A stretch of DNA of 46,400 nucleotides from an uncultured Anaerolineaceae bacterium (GTDB taxonomy: Bacteria; Chloroflexota; Anaerolineae; Anaerolineales; E44-bin32): NCBI GenBank assembly GCA_964448245.1, contig CAYUWF010000002.1, positions 1-46,400 of the forward strand, written 5' to 3'. The notes beneath the pieces are model-generated. The model had not been told where the DNA came from. It saw nothing but the letters and a program-made list of their open reading frames with translations, and ran no database searches. Position numbers and translations under genes: made by a program. This document shows, piece by piece, positions 22,434 through 32,009 of the stretch. Numbering within the stretch: position 1 is the stretch's first letter; each line of letters starts with the position of its first letter.

Positions 22434-22583
22434 GCCTGAGAATGTACCCGGTTTTCGCCTTCCAAGCAACTTCCCCAGAATGACGCGCTTATGTAAGGTT
22501 CTCGCCCCCGAGCCCTGCCCGAGAGCACGTGCGGCCGCGGGAAGTTGCTGCCGGTGAAGCGGCGGTCGAAGACCAGCTACGCT

Positions 22584-22705
22584 GGCTAACAACTCGCTGG
22601 AGCCCTTCCAGGGTGCTTCGCGACCGACCCGGCCAGCCGGGTCGGCTCTGTTGGCGCGACACTGGGCTTCCGCTGGCCGGACGGCTCAGCTCGAGGCCGG
22701 TAGGC
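22584..22705 (+). mobile_element. attC site (degenerate R', 21-nt insertion)
   Basis: GGCTAAC AACTCGCTGGAG...CCGACCCGGCCAGC...GCTGGCCGGACGGCTCAGCTCGAGGCC GGTAGGC. Confidence 0.8.
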
Positions 22706-22750
22706 GGCCCGCTCCGCCTCTCCAAACATCGCCCGCCTGCGCCATCGACA

Positions 22751-22799
22751 TTCGTGACACAGGTCACGAAGTTGACTTCCCTATTAGTTCCGCCATAAT
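22751..22799 (+). promoter_or_regulatory. Sigma70 promoter with adjacent CRP/FNR-like palindrome
   Basis: TTCGTGAC-ACAG-GTCACGAA (GTGA-N6-TCAC), then TTGACT-16 bp-CATAAT. Confidence 0.6.
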
Positions 22800-22945
22800 G
22801 CCCTTAGCATCCCCGCAGCAGAGCGCCTCTGAGAGCGCGTACCGAGTCAGGCTCATACCATATCTTGGCTGCTCCGGCGCAAGCCTCCGGCAGCAACGCC
22901 ATCTCTCTCTCTTCGCCACCACAAGCAACAAGGGGGCTTCGCCAG

Positions 22946-23248
22946 ATGGAGAGACCGACGGTGAGGAAGGCAGTAATCCCACTGGCAATCATGCACGCAT
23001 TAAGCGCGTTTCGTCCGGGCTCTCCGCCCCAACTTACCGTCGCCGCAAGGCCTGAGCCAACCATCCCTTCCGCACTGTTCTCCTCCACCGGAGATCCATC
23101 GTCGCAGACGTTGGGGCCAGACGGCTGGCCATTAGACTGGCGCACCTCCACTACGAGCTTTGGGACCGGTATACGAAGTGGAAGGCGACCTGTTTGCATG
23201 CGCAAAGCGGAGAAGAGCTTGCTTAACTTATGGGAAGCATGTGAGTAG
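22946..23248 (+). pseudogene. Possibly decayed lipoprotein gene
   Basis: RKAVIPLAIMHALSAFRPGSPPQ looks like a lipobox with Cys changed to Phe, then a Pro/Thr linker. Confidence 0.3.
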
Positions 23249-23280
23249 AAGTCTTATCGTGTAGGCAAGGGTTTCAGTCA

Positions 23281-24588
23281 ATGGGCAACACTCCTGGCAA
23301 GAACTCGATCGGAGAGAAGTCCAACCCCTTCTTTCACCGCGGTCCAGTGCGCGACCCGGCGTACTTCTTCGGACGCAAAGAAGAGGTTCGCTATCTTTTC
23401 GACTTGCTACTGCGGGGACAGAGTGTGTCCGTTAGTGGGCCGCGCCGCTTTGGAAAAACGTCGTTACTCTTCAACGCTGCAGACCCAGGCATCATGCGCC
23501 AATATGGTCTTGATCCGCAACGGATACGCTGGGTGTACCTCGAAGGCGGGATGCTCGATGGATTAGACGAGGAATGGCTTTACGGCGCGATTGACCGTGG
23601 GTTAGGAAACGATGCAAACACGCTCCCCTATACGGGATTGTTGGAGCGGCTGCGGGGGCTCTCGGAACAGGGGCTCCGCCTGATCATTGCACTTGACGAA
23701 TTCGAACTGTTTGCGAGTAATCCACAGTTTCAGCCGAGCATGTTCAATCGCCTGCGTGGATTGGCAGGACAATTCGCGGTCAGTTTCGTGGTTGCTTCTA
23801 AAGAGCCACTCGCCAGACTCTCCTTTGCGCATCCAGAGACCCTCAGCTCCCCCTTCTTCAATATCTTTGCGCCAACTCCCCTTGGCCTCCTGCCGGAGCA
23901 GGAAGCCATAGAAATGCTCACTAGTTTATCCGCTCGCGGCGGACAAACTTTTAAACCGAGGACCAACCTATTCCTGCTCGATCTGGTAGGCCCCCATCCG
24001 TTCTTCCTGCAAGTAGCGGGCTACCGCGCTTTCGCGGCCCAGGATCGCGGGCTTCTGTCGTCCGATGCCTGCGCGGCTGTCCGGGAACAGGTAGGCAATG
24101 ATCTTGAAGGCCATCTCAATTACTATTGGTTTGGCATCTCATTGGCAGACCAATATGCCCTGGCATCTCTCCCCGTCATGGCCCTGGATAGCCGCTCATC
24201 GGCTTTCACCCGGCTGACGGAGGCTGGTTTGCTTCGCAAGAACGGCTATCTCGGTACGGTGCTCCGCGATTTCGTCTCGCGCCAGCGCATTGACGGGCTG
24301 CTCCAATGCGGGCGGTTTGTGATGGATGAAAGACGTAAGCTGGTAGCGGCAAATGGACAGTCAGTTCATCTTACCCCCACCGAATTTGAGGCCCTGCGTC
24401 TCTTGTTGCAGAATCCCGGCCAGCTTTTGACCCCGGAGGACATCGAGGCCGCCCTCTGGCCCGGCGAAATCGCGCCGGACCCTGAGCGCGCACGCGGCAT
24501 TGTGAAGAGGCTGCGTTCAGCCCTGGGACAGGCGGGAGAAGCGATTGTCACTGTGCGTGGGCAGGGATATGTCCTGAACCTCAAATAG
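23281..24588 (+). CDS. STAND/AAA ATPase fused to a C-terminal OmpR/PhoB-type winged-helix DNA-binding domain
   Basis: NPF..FFGR, GPRRFGKT, IIALDEFE, GPHPF; then HLTPTEFEALRLL...IEAALW...VKRLRSAL...IVTVRGQGY. Confidence 0.88.
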   Translation: MGNTPGKNSIGEKSNPFFHRGPVRDPAYFFGRKEEVRYLFDLLLRGQSVSVSGPRRFGKTSLLFNAADPGIMRQYGLDPQRIRWVYLEGGMLDGLDEEWLYGAIDRGLGNDANTLPYTGLLERLRGLSEQGLRLIIALDEFELFASNPQFQPSMFNRLRGLAGQFAVSFVVASKEPLARLSFAHPETLSSPFFNIFAPTPLGLLPEQEAIEMLTSLSARGGQTFKPRTNLFLLDLVGPHPFFLQVAGYRAFAAQDRGLLSSDACAAVREQVGNDLEGHLNYYWFGISLADQYALASLPVMALDSRSSAFTRLTEAGLLRKNGYLGTVLRDFVSRQRIDGLLQCGRFVMDERRKLVAANGQSVHLTPTEFEALRLLLQNPGQLLTPEDIEAALWPGEIAPDPERARGIVKRLRSALGQAGEAIVTVRGQGYVLNLK

Positions 24589-24735
24589 CGCCGGCATTCC
24601 ACCCAGGCCGTTTGTCTGTCTCCACGGACCCGATATTGCCCCGCAGTTGACCCGTAATTCCGCCCTATTTCCACCGGCTCTGTCCTTAGCTCCTGCCGGG
24701 ACCAGTCGTACCATGCAGGCAAGTCAATGCTGACA
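24589..24735 (+). promoter_or_regulatory. Phased 11-bp-repeat promoter, copy 1
   Basis: ATTGCCCCGCA/GTTGACCCGTA/ATTCCGCCCTA/TTTCCACCGGC/TCTGTCCTTAG (24635-24689); -10-like TACCAT at 24709. Confidence 0.75.
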
Positions 24736-24786
24736 TCGGGATCATGGCACTCCTGGAATAGCCGCATTCTAGGAAGGGAGAACCCC

Positions 24787-25371
24787 ATGGCTCAAGACAT
24801 TGGTCCGGCCTCTGCCTTGCCGACGGGTGTGTCGCCCTCTTTCGGCCCACCCGAGAAGCCGGAATCTCTGGAGGGCACCACACGCCTGGTCGAAGCGAAA
24901 CTCCGTCTGGAGAGTCGAGCGAATAGCGGTGCGTCGTGGTTCTACTGGATCGGCGGCCTCTCGATCCTGAACTCCATCATTGTTGTCGCTGGCGGGTCAT
25001 TCGCCTTCATCTTTGGGCTGGCTTTCACGCAAGTCATCGATACATTGGCATCCCTCATGGAGTCCGACTTAAGTATCAGCAGTCCCGGCATCATCACCTT
25101 CCTCGCCCTTGGAATGGACTTAGCCATAGCAGCCGCATGCGCCGGGGTCGGATATCTGGCGAGCAAGCGCAATCGGACGGTGTACATGCTTGGGATCGTC
25201 GTCTATGGCGTCGACGCCCTGATCTCCCTTGTCCTCCAGGACTGGCTAGGGGTTCTTTTCCACCTTTTCGTGTTGGCCGGTTTATGGAGAGGGATGAAGG
25301 CGATGAGAGCCCTGGCGACCATCGAATCAGGAGCCCTCCCCCTCGAAACCCTGCGAGTTGCGGCGCCTTAG
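24787..25371 (+). CDS. Multi-pass membrane protein, unknown function
   Basis: SGASWFYWIGGLSILNS followed by hydrophobic helices; GGGAG RBS. Confidence 0.8.
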   Translation: MAQDIGPASALPTGVSPSFGPPEKPESLEGTTRLVEAKLRLESRANSGASWFYWIGGLSILNSIIVVAGGSFAFIFGLAFTQVIDTLASLMESDLSISSPGIITFLALGMDLAIAAACAGVGYLASKRNRTVYMLGIVVYGVDALISLVLQDWLGVLFHLFVLAGLWRGMKAMRALATIESGALPLETLRVAAP

Positions 25372-25400
25372 GCTATCGCGACGATCAAGGAGACTATCCA

Positions 25401-26870
25401 GTGCTAAGCACAGAAGTTCTTGACGCAAGAATCCATCCCCGCTCCATCCGGACCAAGATCGTCTGCACCCTCGGCCCAGCCTCATCCGACGAGGCAACTT
25501 TGCGGGCCATGATCGAGGCCGGCATGACTACCGCGCGCATCAATCTGTCGCATGGGGAGCATGGTGACCACGCCAAGCAGATCACGCTCGTACGCCACCT
25601 TGCGCAAGAGATGGGCCGAGTGGTGCCCGTGATGATCGATCTTCAAGGTCCGAAGCTACGTATCGGCGTCATCGAGCATGAGCCGATCACGTTCGAAAAG
25701 GGACAAAGGATCACTTTTGTTCCGTCGACCAGTGGATCACGAGCAAATCAGATTCCCCTCCCCCACGCGCATTTGATTAACGGCGCAGCGATTGGCAACA
25801 CCGTATGGCTCGATGACGGTCTGCTGGAGCTGGTGGTCGTCGAGAAGGCACCTGGGGAGCTGCACTGTGAAGTGGTCGTTGGCGGCCAACTCTTCTCACA
25901 CAAGGGGATTAGCGTGCCGGGTGTCCGGAGCGATATGCCTGCCATTACGCCCAAAGATCGCAAGGACATCAAGTTTGCCGTTCAGCAGAAAGCCGACTTT
26001 ATCGCAATGTCTTTCGTCCAATCCTCGGCAAACATTGAGGAGCTGCGCGCGCTCATGGCCGCTCAGTCCGCCGCCATTCCGATTGTTGCCAAGATCGAGT
26101 CCCTGGAAGGCTTGGAAAACTTAGAGCAAATTGTGGAAGCCGCTGACGCTGTGATGGTGGCGCGCGGCGACCTCGGTGTGGAGGCCATCTTTGAGGAGGT
26201 GCCCGCGTACCAAATGCGCATCATCCGCGCCTGCAATAGGGCCGCCCGGCCCGTCATTACGGCGACTCAGATGCTTCACTCTATGATTCATTCTTCCCAT
26301 CCAACCCGAGCCGAAGCCAATGACGTTTTCACCTCGATCCATCAAGGATCGGATGCCGTGATGCTGTCCAGCGAGACAACCGTCGGCGATCATCCGGTTC
26401 GAGCCGTGGAGGTCATGAGCAAGATCGCCCGGATGGCCGAGCAGCACTTTCCGTACCGGACCTGGAACGTCGAACGCACAAACGGGGAGTCTCACTCCGT
26501 TACGGAAGGCATTGGGCAGGCAACCTGCACGATTGCGGCTTCGGTGCGCGCAAAAGCGATTATCACCAACACGATCTCAGGACGCACAACACGTGACGTG
26601 GCCAAGCACCGGCCCCAGTCGCTCATCATTAGCACGACTCCACGCGCGGAGACCCATCAGCAGATGGCATTGGTGTGGGGCGTGGAGTCGTTGCTGGTAC
26701 CTGAATTCTACGACACCGATTCGATGATTTCGGGAGTAAAGCACGCGGCGATCGCAGCTGGCCTTATCCGCCAGGACGACACCGTAGTCATCACCGCCGG
26801 AGTGCCCGTCGGCACGGTTGGGCAGACCAATCTGCTTCAGGTACATACGATGAGGCAAGCGGATCTATGA
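25401..26870 (+). CDS. pyk: Pyruvate kinase
   Basis: RTKIVCTLGPAS, DLQGPKLRIG, IVAKIES, VMVARGDLGVE, ITATQML; GTG start after AAGGAG (ORF-track start 24936 is overextended). Confidence 0.95.
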   Translation: MLSTEVLDARIHPRSIRTKIVCTLGPASSDEATLRAMIEAGMTTARINLSHGEHGDHAKQITLVRHLAQEMGRVVPVMIDLQGPKLRIGVIEHEPITFEKGQRITFVPSTSGSRANQIPLPHAHLINGAAIGNTVWLDDGLLELVVVEKAPGELHCEVVVGGQLFSHKGISVPGVRSDMPAITPKDRKDIKFAVQQKADFIAMSFVQSSANIEELRALMAAQSAAIPIVAKIESLEGLENLEQIVEAADAVMVARGDLGVEAIFEEVPAYQMRIIRACNRAARPVITATQMLHSMIHSSHPTRAEANDVFTSIHQGSDAVMLSSETTVGDHPVRAVEVMSKIARMAEQHFPYRTWNVERTNGESHSVTEGIGQATCTIAASVRAKAIITNTISGRTTRDVAKHRPQSLIISTTPRAETHQQMALVWGVESLLVPEFYDTDSMISGVKHAAIAAGLIRQDDTVVITAGVPVGTVGQTNLLQVHTMRQADL

Positions 26871-26926
26871 GTGCTCAGCCGGGAGCGCTGCCGCGCAGGG
26901 GCGAGCGAGGTTTGTAGATGTATGAA

Positions 26927-27021
26927 AACACAAGCTCGCTGGAGCCTCCCCGGCCAGCCCGGTGTCGGTTTCAGCGCGATATTGGCCTTGGCTGGCCGGG
27001 CGGCCCACCTGGCCATTCGGC
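26927..27021 (+). mobile_element. Degenerate attC site
   Basis: CTCGCTGGAGCCTCCCCGGCCAGC...GCGCGATATTGGCCTTGGCTGGCCGGGCGGCCCACCTGGCC ATTCGGC; same family as 22584 and 31904. Confidence 0.7.
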
Positions 27022-27038
27022 GGCGCAGAGGGCAGTCG

Positions 27039-28097
27039 ATGGAAATTAGCCGGGAGTTGTTCGATCAGGAACGACGCCCCCGATTCGGGACCGCCAACCC
27101 GGAGCGGATGCAGCTCGCGTTCTGGGAGTGGATCCGCGGCGAAGCAAGCCCTCCGGCACAGCAGGAGGGCGTCCTCGGCAAGTTTGGGCTGATGAAGCGG
27201 AATGGCATCATCAAGTCGCGTTACGGTCCCTGGCGGGCGCGGGACCTGTTCAATGCCCCGGCGAACCGCGAGGACGGGCCGATCTGGACCTTCGACCGAG
27301 ATGGGCAGACCCGCACCGAACTGCCGGACGGGCGGGTGGTGCGCATCGGCGGCGAGCACGAGGACGGCTATGACCCGGACTTCTGCATCTACAACGACGT
27401 GGTCGTCTTCGGCCCCGCCGGCCAGATCGAGATCTACGGCTATCCGAAGGAGGTGTTCCCGCCGACCGACTTCCACACGGCTACCCTCGCCGGCGACCGG
27501 ATCATCATCGTCGGCCGCTTTGGCTACGAGGACGACCTCCGCCCGGGGCACACCCCAGTCTACGCTCTCCACCTGTCGGGGTACCACATCTCCGAAATTG
27601 AAACTTCGGGCGACATGCCCGGCTGGGTCTTCAAGCATGCGGCCGAGTTCGCCTCGGGAGGGGTCATCACCATACGGGGTGGGGCGGTTATCGAGGACCA
27701 TGAGGGCGAGCATCGGTATCGGCGCAACGTCGAGGATTACGCGTTGAACATCCAATCCGGGGTTTGGCACCGCCTCACGAACCGGAACTGGCGTCAGTTC
27801 TCGATCCGCCAAGAGGACCGAGGGCTGTTCGTGTTGGAGCAGTATCCGCAAGTGGAGGCCCTCGTGCCCCGCATCATCGAATGCGCGGTCGATCCGAGTG
27901 AGGACTTGGATGAGGACTTGGAACGAATCCGGATCGTGGTCGGAGGAGTGCCGGTGTCCGTGATCGTGAGCATCTACAGGATCGAGATCATTGTTGAGGG
28001 CGATCTGCCCGCCGAGTCGGCACTCCGGTTGGCCGAGGAGGTTCGCGCCAACGCCGAGGCCGCCATCCAGCGTCGGTGCGTTCTGGAGCAGATGTGA
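27039..28097 (+). CDS. Cassette hypothetical protein (family usually annotated as ankyrin-associated)
   Basis: RFGTANPERM, GGEHEDGYDPDFCIYNDV, FPPTDFHTAT; ATG 18 nt after an attC end. Confidence 0.8.
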   Translation: MEISRELFDQERRPRFGTANPERMQLAFWEWIRGEASPPAQQEGVLGKFGLMKRNGIIKSRYGPWRARDLFNAPANREDGPIWTFDRDGQTRTELPDGRVVRIGGEHEDGYDPDFCIYNDVVVFGPAGQIEIYGYPKEVFPPTDFHTATLAGDRIIIVGRFGYEDDLRPGHTPVYALHLSGYHISEIETSGDMPGWVFKHAAEFASGGVITIRGGAVIEDHEGEHRYRRNVEDYALNIQSGVWHRLTNRNWRQFSIRQEDRGLFVLEQYPQVEALVPRIIECAVDPSEDLDEDLERIRIVVGGVPVSVIVSIYRIEIIVEGDLPAESALRLAEEVRANAEAAIQRRCVLEQM

Positions 28098-28105
28098 CCG
28101 GCCGC

Positions 28106-28197
28106 GCCGAACCGGCCGCTGCAGCCAGGCCAGGCCGCCATTTCCTTTTCCAGGAGTTCAAGCCGTTCCAGGCGGCCCCGGCGGCTGACCGTTGGAG
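28106..28197 (+). mobile_element. attC site of a different sequence family
   Basis: GCCGAAC CGGCCGCTGCAGCC...GGCCGCC...GGCGGCCCCGGCGGCTGACC GTTGGAG, 8 nt after the stop codon. Confidence 0.7.
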
Positions 28198-28220
28198 CCG
28201 GGCCGCTCCTGGCGATCGGA

Positions 28221-28360
28221 GTGTCCAAGCTGTGGTACTCGGGACGTAAGCGGTTCGATAAGCAGACGGGAAGGGGTGGCTTGGCTACCTCCGCTCGCTG
28301 GGGCGCAGTGACCTAGAGCGGGTCGTCACGCTCGACAGCATGCTCTGCCCCCGGTCGTCC
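28221..28360 (+). pseudogene. Frameshifted 5' fragment of a cassette hypothetical gene
   Basis: VSKLWYSGRKRFDKQTG, frameshift, WLGYLRSLGRSDLERVVTLDSMLCP; directly after an attC. Confidence 0.4.
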
Positions 28361-28605
28361 TCTGGAAGATGGCCAAGGGAGGGGGGCTGCCCGCGGCGCA
28401 AAACCAGGCGATTCTCAAGGAGTCGCCAGAGCAGATATTCCTCAGTGCAGATAGGGGCGGAGCGATCCGCTGGCTTGAGGCGACACTGAGCCTGGGAGAA
28501 GACCAGGAGGCTCAAGAAACATCTAAGCTCTCGGGCCTCCTATTCCGCTACTCGGACGGTAGACTGGCGCCGTTCTGCAGGTGATGCGTGGAACGTGAGG
28601 CGTCA

Positions 28606-29070
28606 ATGAGCACTGACTTGTCACTCGACCAACGCGCTTTCCACATTGCGGTGGCGAGCATTCGCCGACATTCGATGGATCCCGGCGACTGGAAGCACAC
28701 CACCATCGGTGCGCTGCATCCTGGGCTGGAATTCGTGCTCTTGCTTGCCCCTGGTGAAATGGTGCTTGCCAGCGCGTTCTTCTCCAGAGCGAGCTGGTAT
28801 GGGTTCACAACGCGCCGTATCGTCAGTGAGCTCGCCGGCGCGCGCCGTGAACTAGACCCTCGAGACGGAATCACTTTCGACATGGCCAATTTCAAGGGCA
28901 GAGGGCGTAACGGCACGGTGGTGCCAACCGAAGTGGGAACGGTAACCTCCGCTCGAGACGGCCAATCGCTTCGCTTCGAGTTCGAAACTGTGAAAGCTTC
29001 CATGGCCCCTATGTACGCTTGTATGTTCTGGTCTGTCAGCCTGGTCGCGCGGGGGTGGGCGCTCCAGTGA
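28606..29070 (+). CDS. Hypothetical protein
   Basis: 154-aa ORF with GAGG upstream; same strand as the array. Confidence 0.6.
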   Translation: MSTDLSLDQRAFHIAVASIRRHSMDPGDWKHTTIGALHPGLEFVLLLAPGEMVLASAFFSRASWYGFTTRRIVSELAGARRELDPRDGITFDMANFKGRGRNGTVVPTEVGTVTSARDGQSLRFEFETVKASMAPMYACMFWSVSLVARGWALQ

Positions 29071-29354
29071 GAAAGCTGGGACAGTTGCGCAAGTGAAAAC
29101 GACCCGCACCAGCCTCCTCGCAATCTCCAGCCCTCTCATTGCCATAGTTGGATGCGTCACTGTTGGTGCGGAATTGGTTGAGACCAGCTCCCTAATCGTA
29201 GCCTTACGTGACTCCAAGCCTTCACTGACTAACACGGGGAACGACCTCTAATGCTTGTTTTGGTGACAAAAGGCAAACACGTCAATGACGAAGAGTGTTC
29301 AAGGGGAGCCGTCTTCGGAACCGGCAAATGGGTCGTCTCCCGCTGTCGGCACAC

Positions 29355-29377
29355 GCCCGCAACGCAAACCGTTAGGC
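29355..29377 (+). mobile_element. attC 3' remnant
   Basis: GCAACGCAAACC GTTAGGC 23 nt before the next ATG; no convincing 5' half. Confidence 0.45.
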
Positions 29378-29400
29378 GGCCACGAATAGGGGAGGGGTCA

Positions 29401-30201
29401 ATGCGCCTGCTTCTTTCGCTCTCTGCAAGCTCGGCTTTGCTCTTTGCCTGCTCACTACCCAGTTCTGTTACTGGCTCAGGCCGGGCCCGCCCAACCCCTC
29501 ATTGGGTCGACATGCTCTGTTCCTCGGATATCCCGGCTGCGGAGGAGGCGTACAACAGAGCCTGGGACTCATTCGATAGAGGAGACTTGGACCAGGCAGA
29601 ACAGCTCTACGGGAAGGCCATCGAACTGGACCCCGGCTTCTGCGACGCGATGGACAATTTAGGACTCCTACTCCGACAAGAAGGCCGCCTCGATGAAGCG
29701 ATATCATGGTACAAGGCGTCACTCGAAGTCTTACCTTCGAACGCTACGGCCCTCCAGAATCTGGCGGGCGCCTACCAGGTCCGTGGAGACACGCAGAATG
29801 CGATCAATTCATTCGAGGCTTTGATCGAACTTGACCCACAAAATCCAGAGGGCTATTACGGGCTCGGCAACCTTTACTCGCACCTCGGCCGCGCACCCGA
29901 CTCCGTGCCCTATCTTGAGACAGCCCTTCAGCTCTACGATAACCCCGGCTCGCCCCGCGCTCTCGACGCGCACTACCTGCTTGGGCTTGCACTCTACACC
30001 ACCGAAGACTGTCTCAACGCTGTCCCGCACCTCGAGGCTGGTTATGACCACTTCGAGGAAGATCCCGATGTCAATTATGCGTTGGGATACTGCTACCTCA
30101 CACCAGAGTTCAATGACACCGAGAGCGCGCGTGTCTTTCTCAAGAAAGCGGAGAGTCTGGGTGTTGACATTCCATCCGAACTCGAAGAGTTCGTGCGGTA
30201 A
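29401..30201 (+). CDS. TPR-repeat lipoprotein
   Basis: GGAGG RBS, lipobox LLFAC, about five TPRs (KAIELDP, AMDNLG, GYYGLG). Confidence 0.85.
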   Translation: MRLLLSLSASSALLFACSLPSSVTGSGRARPTPHWVDMLCSSDIPAAEEAYNRAWDSFDRGDLDQAEQLYGKAIELDPGFCDAMDNLGLLLRQEGRLDEAISWYKASLEVLPSNATALQNLAGAYQVRGDTQNAINSFEALIELDPQNPEGYYGLGNLYSHLGRAPDSVPYLETALQLYDNPGSPRALDAHYLLGLALYTTEDCLNAVPHLEAGYDHFEEDPDVNYALGYCYLTPEFNDTESARVFLKKAESLGVDIPSELEEFVR

Positions 30202-30250
30202 GGGGGCCACTCTCTAGCCGCATCGCCCGCCCTCCGAACTCGGAGGGGCC

Positions 30251-30305
30251 GCCAAACAATTCCCCGGAGCCCCTTCGAATGCGCCCCCAGCCGCTGGGGG
30301 CCCCT
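30251..30305 (+). mobile_element. attC 5' half interrupted by a CCCTTCG-type repeat
   Basis: GCCAAAC AATTCCCCGGAGCC-CCTTCGAATGCGCCCC parallels 44084-44120. Confidence 0.5.
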
Positions 30306-30377
30306 TGAGAGTCCGGAGCCCCTTCGCCAGTGGTGCCGGCGAACAAATCCCTGAAACGGACTCGGGTGGCTTTCAAC

Positions 30378-30565
30378 CTGCGTGGGCGGGAAACATCCCG
30401 TACCTAAAACGGGACCCTCACTCCACACAGGCCGCTCGTCAGTCTGCACCTGACCCGCTATTGCCCCGGAATCTCCCCCTAATTCCACCTCCTCTGTCCT
30501 TAGCGCCTGCTGGGATCAGTCGTAGCATGCGAGCAAGTCAATGCTGACGACGGCATCTTTGGTCT
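30378..30565 (+). promoter_or_regulatory. Regulator-tail remnant plus 11-bp-repeat promoter, copy 2 (one unit shorter)
   Basis: ATTGCCCCGGA/ATCTCCCCCTA/ATTCCACCTCC/TCTGTCCTTAG (30460-30503); TAGCAT at 30523; aligns to 24553-24735. Confidence 0.75.
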
Positions 30566-30640
30566 AAGTGCCCGTTTCCGTTGACTGAATGTCTCAGGTA
30601 GGCGCCCGGCGCGAGATAGCGCCGGAAAGGAGGAACCATC

Positions 30641-31888
30641 ATGCGCACGCGAACGGGACTGACGATCGCCACTCTGCTTACCCTGGCAGCCAACCTCGGG
30701 GCCTGTGGAACGATCAAGGCGGCGATTTTCCCACCCACGGAAACACCCACACCGACCCCCACACCGACACCGAGACCCACAGCAACGGTCACCCCCACAC
30801 CCACGCCGACCCCCCTGCCTGATATCTCGCGTGTCCTGCTGAAGCTGGATGATCTGCCGAGCAACTTCATCGAGGCGCCTCCCAGCCAGGTGGCAATGAT
30901 GACGCTGGGGATGGAAGGATTCGGCTTCTCAGAATCCGTTGCCGCCGTGTTCACCGACCTGGAGAGTGGCGAGACAGTATCTGTAATCACCGGGCTGCTG
31001 CTGGACGATAGGGCGGCGAGTCAATTTCAGGATTTCCTGGGCTTGCCGGATCTTGTGTTGATCGGCGTTCTGTCCGCCATGGGCACCAATCCGGTGGTCC
31101 GGCCAGGACAACTACCGGGCGTGGATACCCTGGGAGATCAGGCCAGCGCGGTGACCGGGACCGTGGACGTTCAGGGAGCACCCGTGCAGGTTGACAGTGT
31201 GCTCGCAAAGCGAGGCGCGGTTGGGATGTGGGTCTTCAGCCTGGTTCCCGATGGGATCGGTACGACTCCGCCGATTATTGACCTGGCGAAACTCGTAGAT
31301 GGGCGGATCATCACGTTGATGGGATCACCTCCTGGAATTCGTACGGGGGAAGGGCCGGAGCTCGAAATGCCCGCGATCTCCGGTCTCAGTGCTTGGGTGC
31401 ACGACGCCGACTCGGGAGGCTATGAATACTTCTACGCCACCGCGGAGGATACTTACGAAGACGTTAGGGATTGCGTTCGGGATGAGATGCTGAACAACGG
31501 GCTGGACCTGCAAGGGGTGCAAGCCACCATCTCGACCCAGGGTCATGGCTGGGAGACCCTGTTCACCTTCTTCATGGCTGATCTTCATCCGGGAGCATCT
31601 ACAGAGTGGGTGGTCGAGATCCAAAACTCTCTCGGGTTGCTGATGCTTAACGATGCTTCCGAACTCGACGCCGGTGGTCTCGCGCCGCCTCCCACTTTGC
31701 AATCCGTTTCAACATTTAGCGAGTCCGGCTACGATCTGAAGGTCATCGATCTGAACATCCCGACCCTTTACCCGAGTGCCGTCGCCGCCGCGGAAGGCCT
31801 GCAGCCATGGTTCACGGAGCTCAGGCTGAGCGTTCGCGCGGAGACGCCTAGCGGGGCTGCCTGTGATGAGTTCAAGCCCGCGGGCTAG
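30641..31888 (+). CDS. Two-domain lipoprotein with Pro/Thr linker
   Basis: AAGGAGG RBS, lipobox LGAC, PTPT repeats; last about 187 aa shared with 43001-44068. Confidence 0.85.
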   Translation: MRTRTGLTIATLLTLAANLGACGTIKAAIFPPTETPTPTPTPTPRPTATVTPTPTPTPLPDISRVLLKLDDLPSNFIEAPPSQVAMMTLGMEGFGFSESVAAVFTDLESGETVSVITGLLLDDRAASQFQDFLGLPDLVLIGVLSAMGTNPVVRPGQLPGVDTLGDQASAVTGTVDVQGAPVQVDSVLAKRGAVGMWVFSLVPDGIGTTPPIIDLAKLVDGRIITLMGSPPGIRTGEGPELEMPAISGLSAWVHDADSGGYEYFYATAEDTYEDVRDCVRDEMLNNGLDLQGVQATISTQGHGWETLFTFFMADLHPGASTEWVVEIQNSLGLLMLNDASELDAGGLAPPPTLQSVSTFSESGYDLKVIDLNIPTLYPSAVAAAEGLQPWFTELRLSVRAETPSGAACDEFKPAG

Positions 31889-31903
31889 CCTCGCTTACCA
31901 CGC

Positions 31904-32000
31904 GCCTAGCAACTCGCTGGAACCGACCCGGCCAGCCGGGTGTCGAGTTGGGCGCGATACTAGGCTTGGGGCCGGGCGGTTCCGCTCGAGGCCGTTAGGA
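31904..32000 (+). mobile_element. attC site
   Basis: GCCTAGC AACTCGCTGGAACCGACCCGGCC...GGCCGGGCGGTTCCGCTCGAGGCC GTTAGGA. Confidence 0.85.
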
Positions 32001-32009
32001 GGCATCTCG

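Noticed and set aside
22860-22900. GGCGCAAGCCTCCGG resembling a c-di-GMP-I riboswitch
   Set aside because: The upstream GGCAAACC/GNRA hairpin and downstream pairing are absent.
24936-25400. N-terminal extension of pyruvate kinase in the ORF track
   Set aside because: It overlaps the membrane-protein gene in another frame; RBS plus GTG at 25401 fits the family length.
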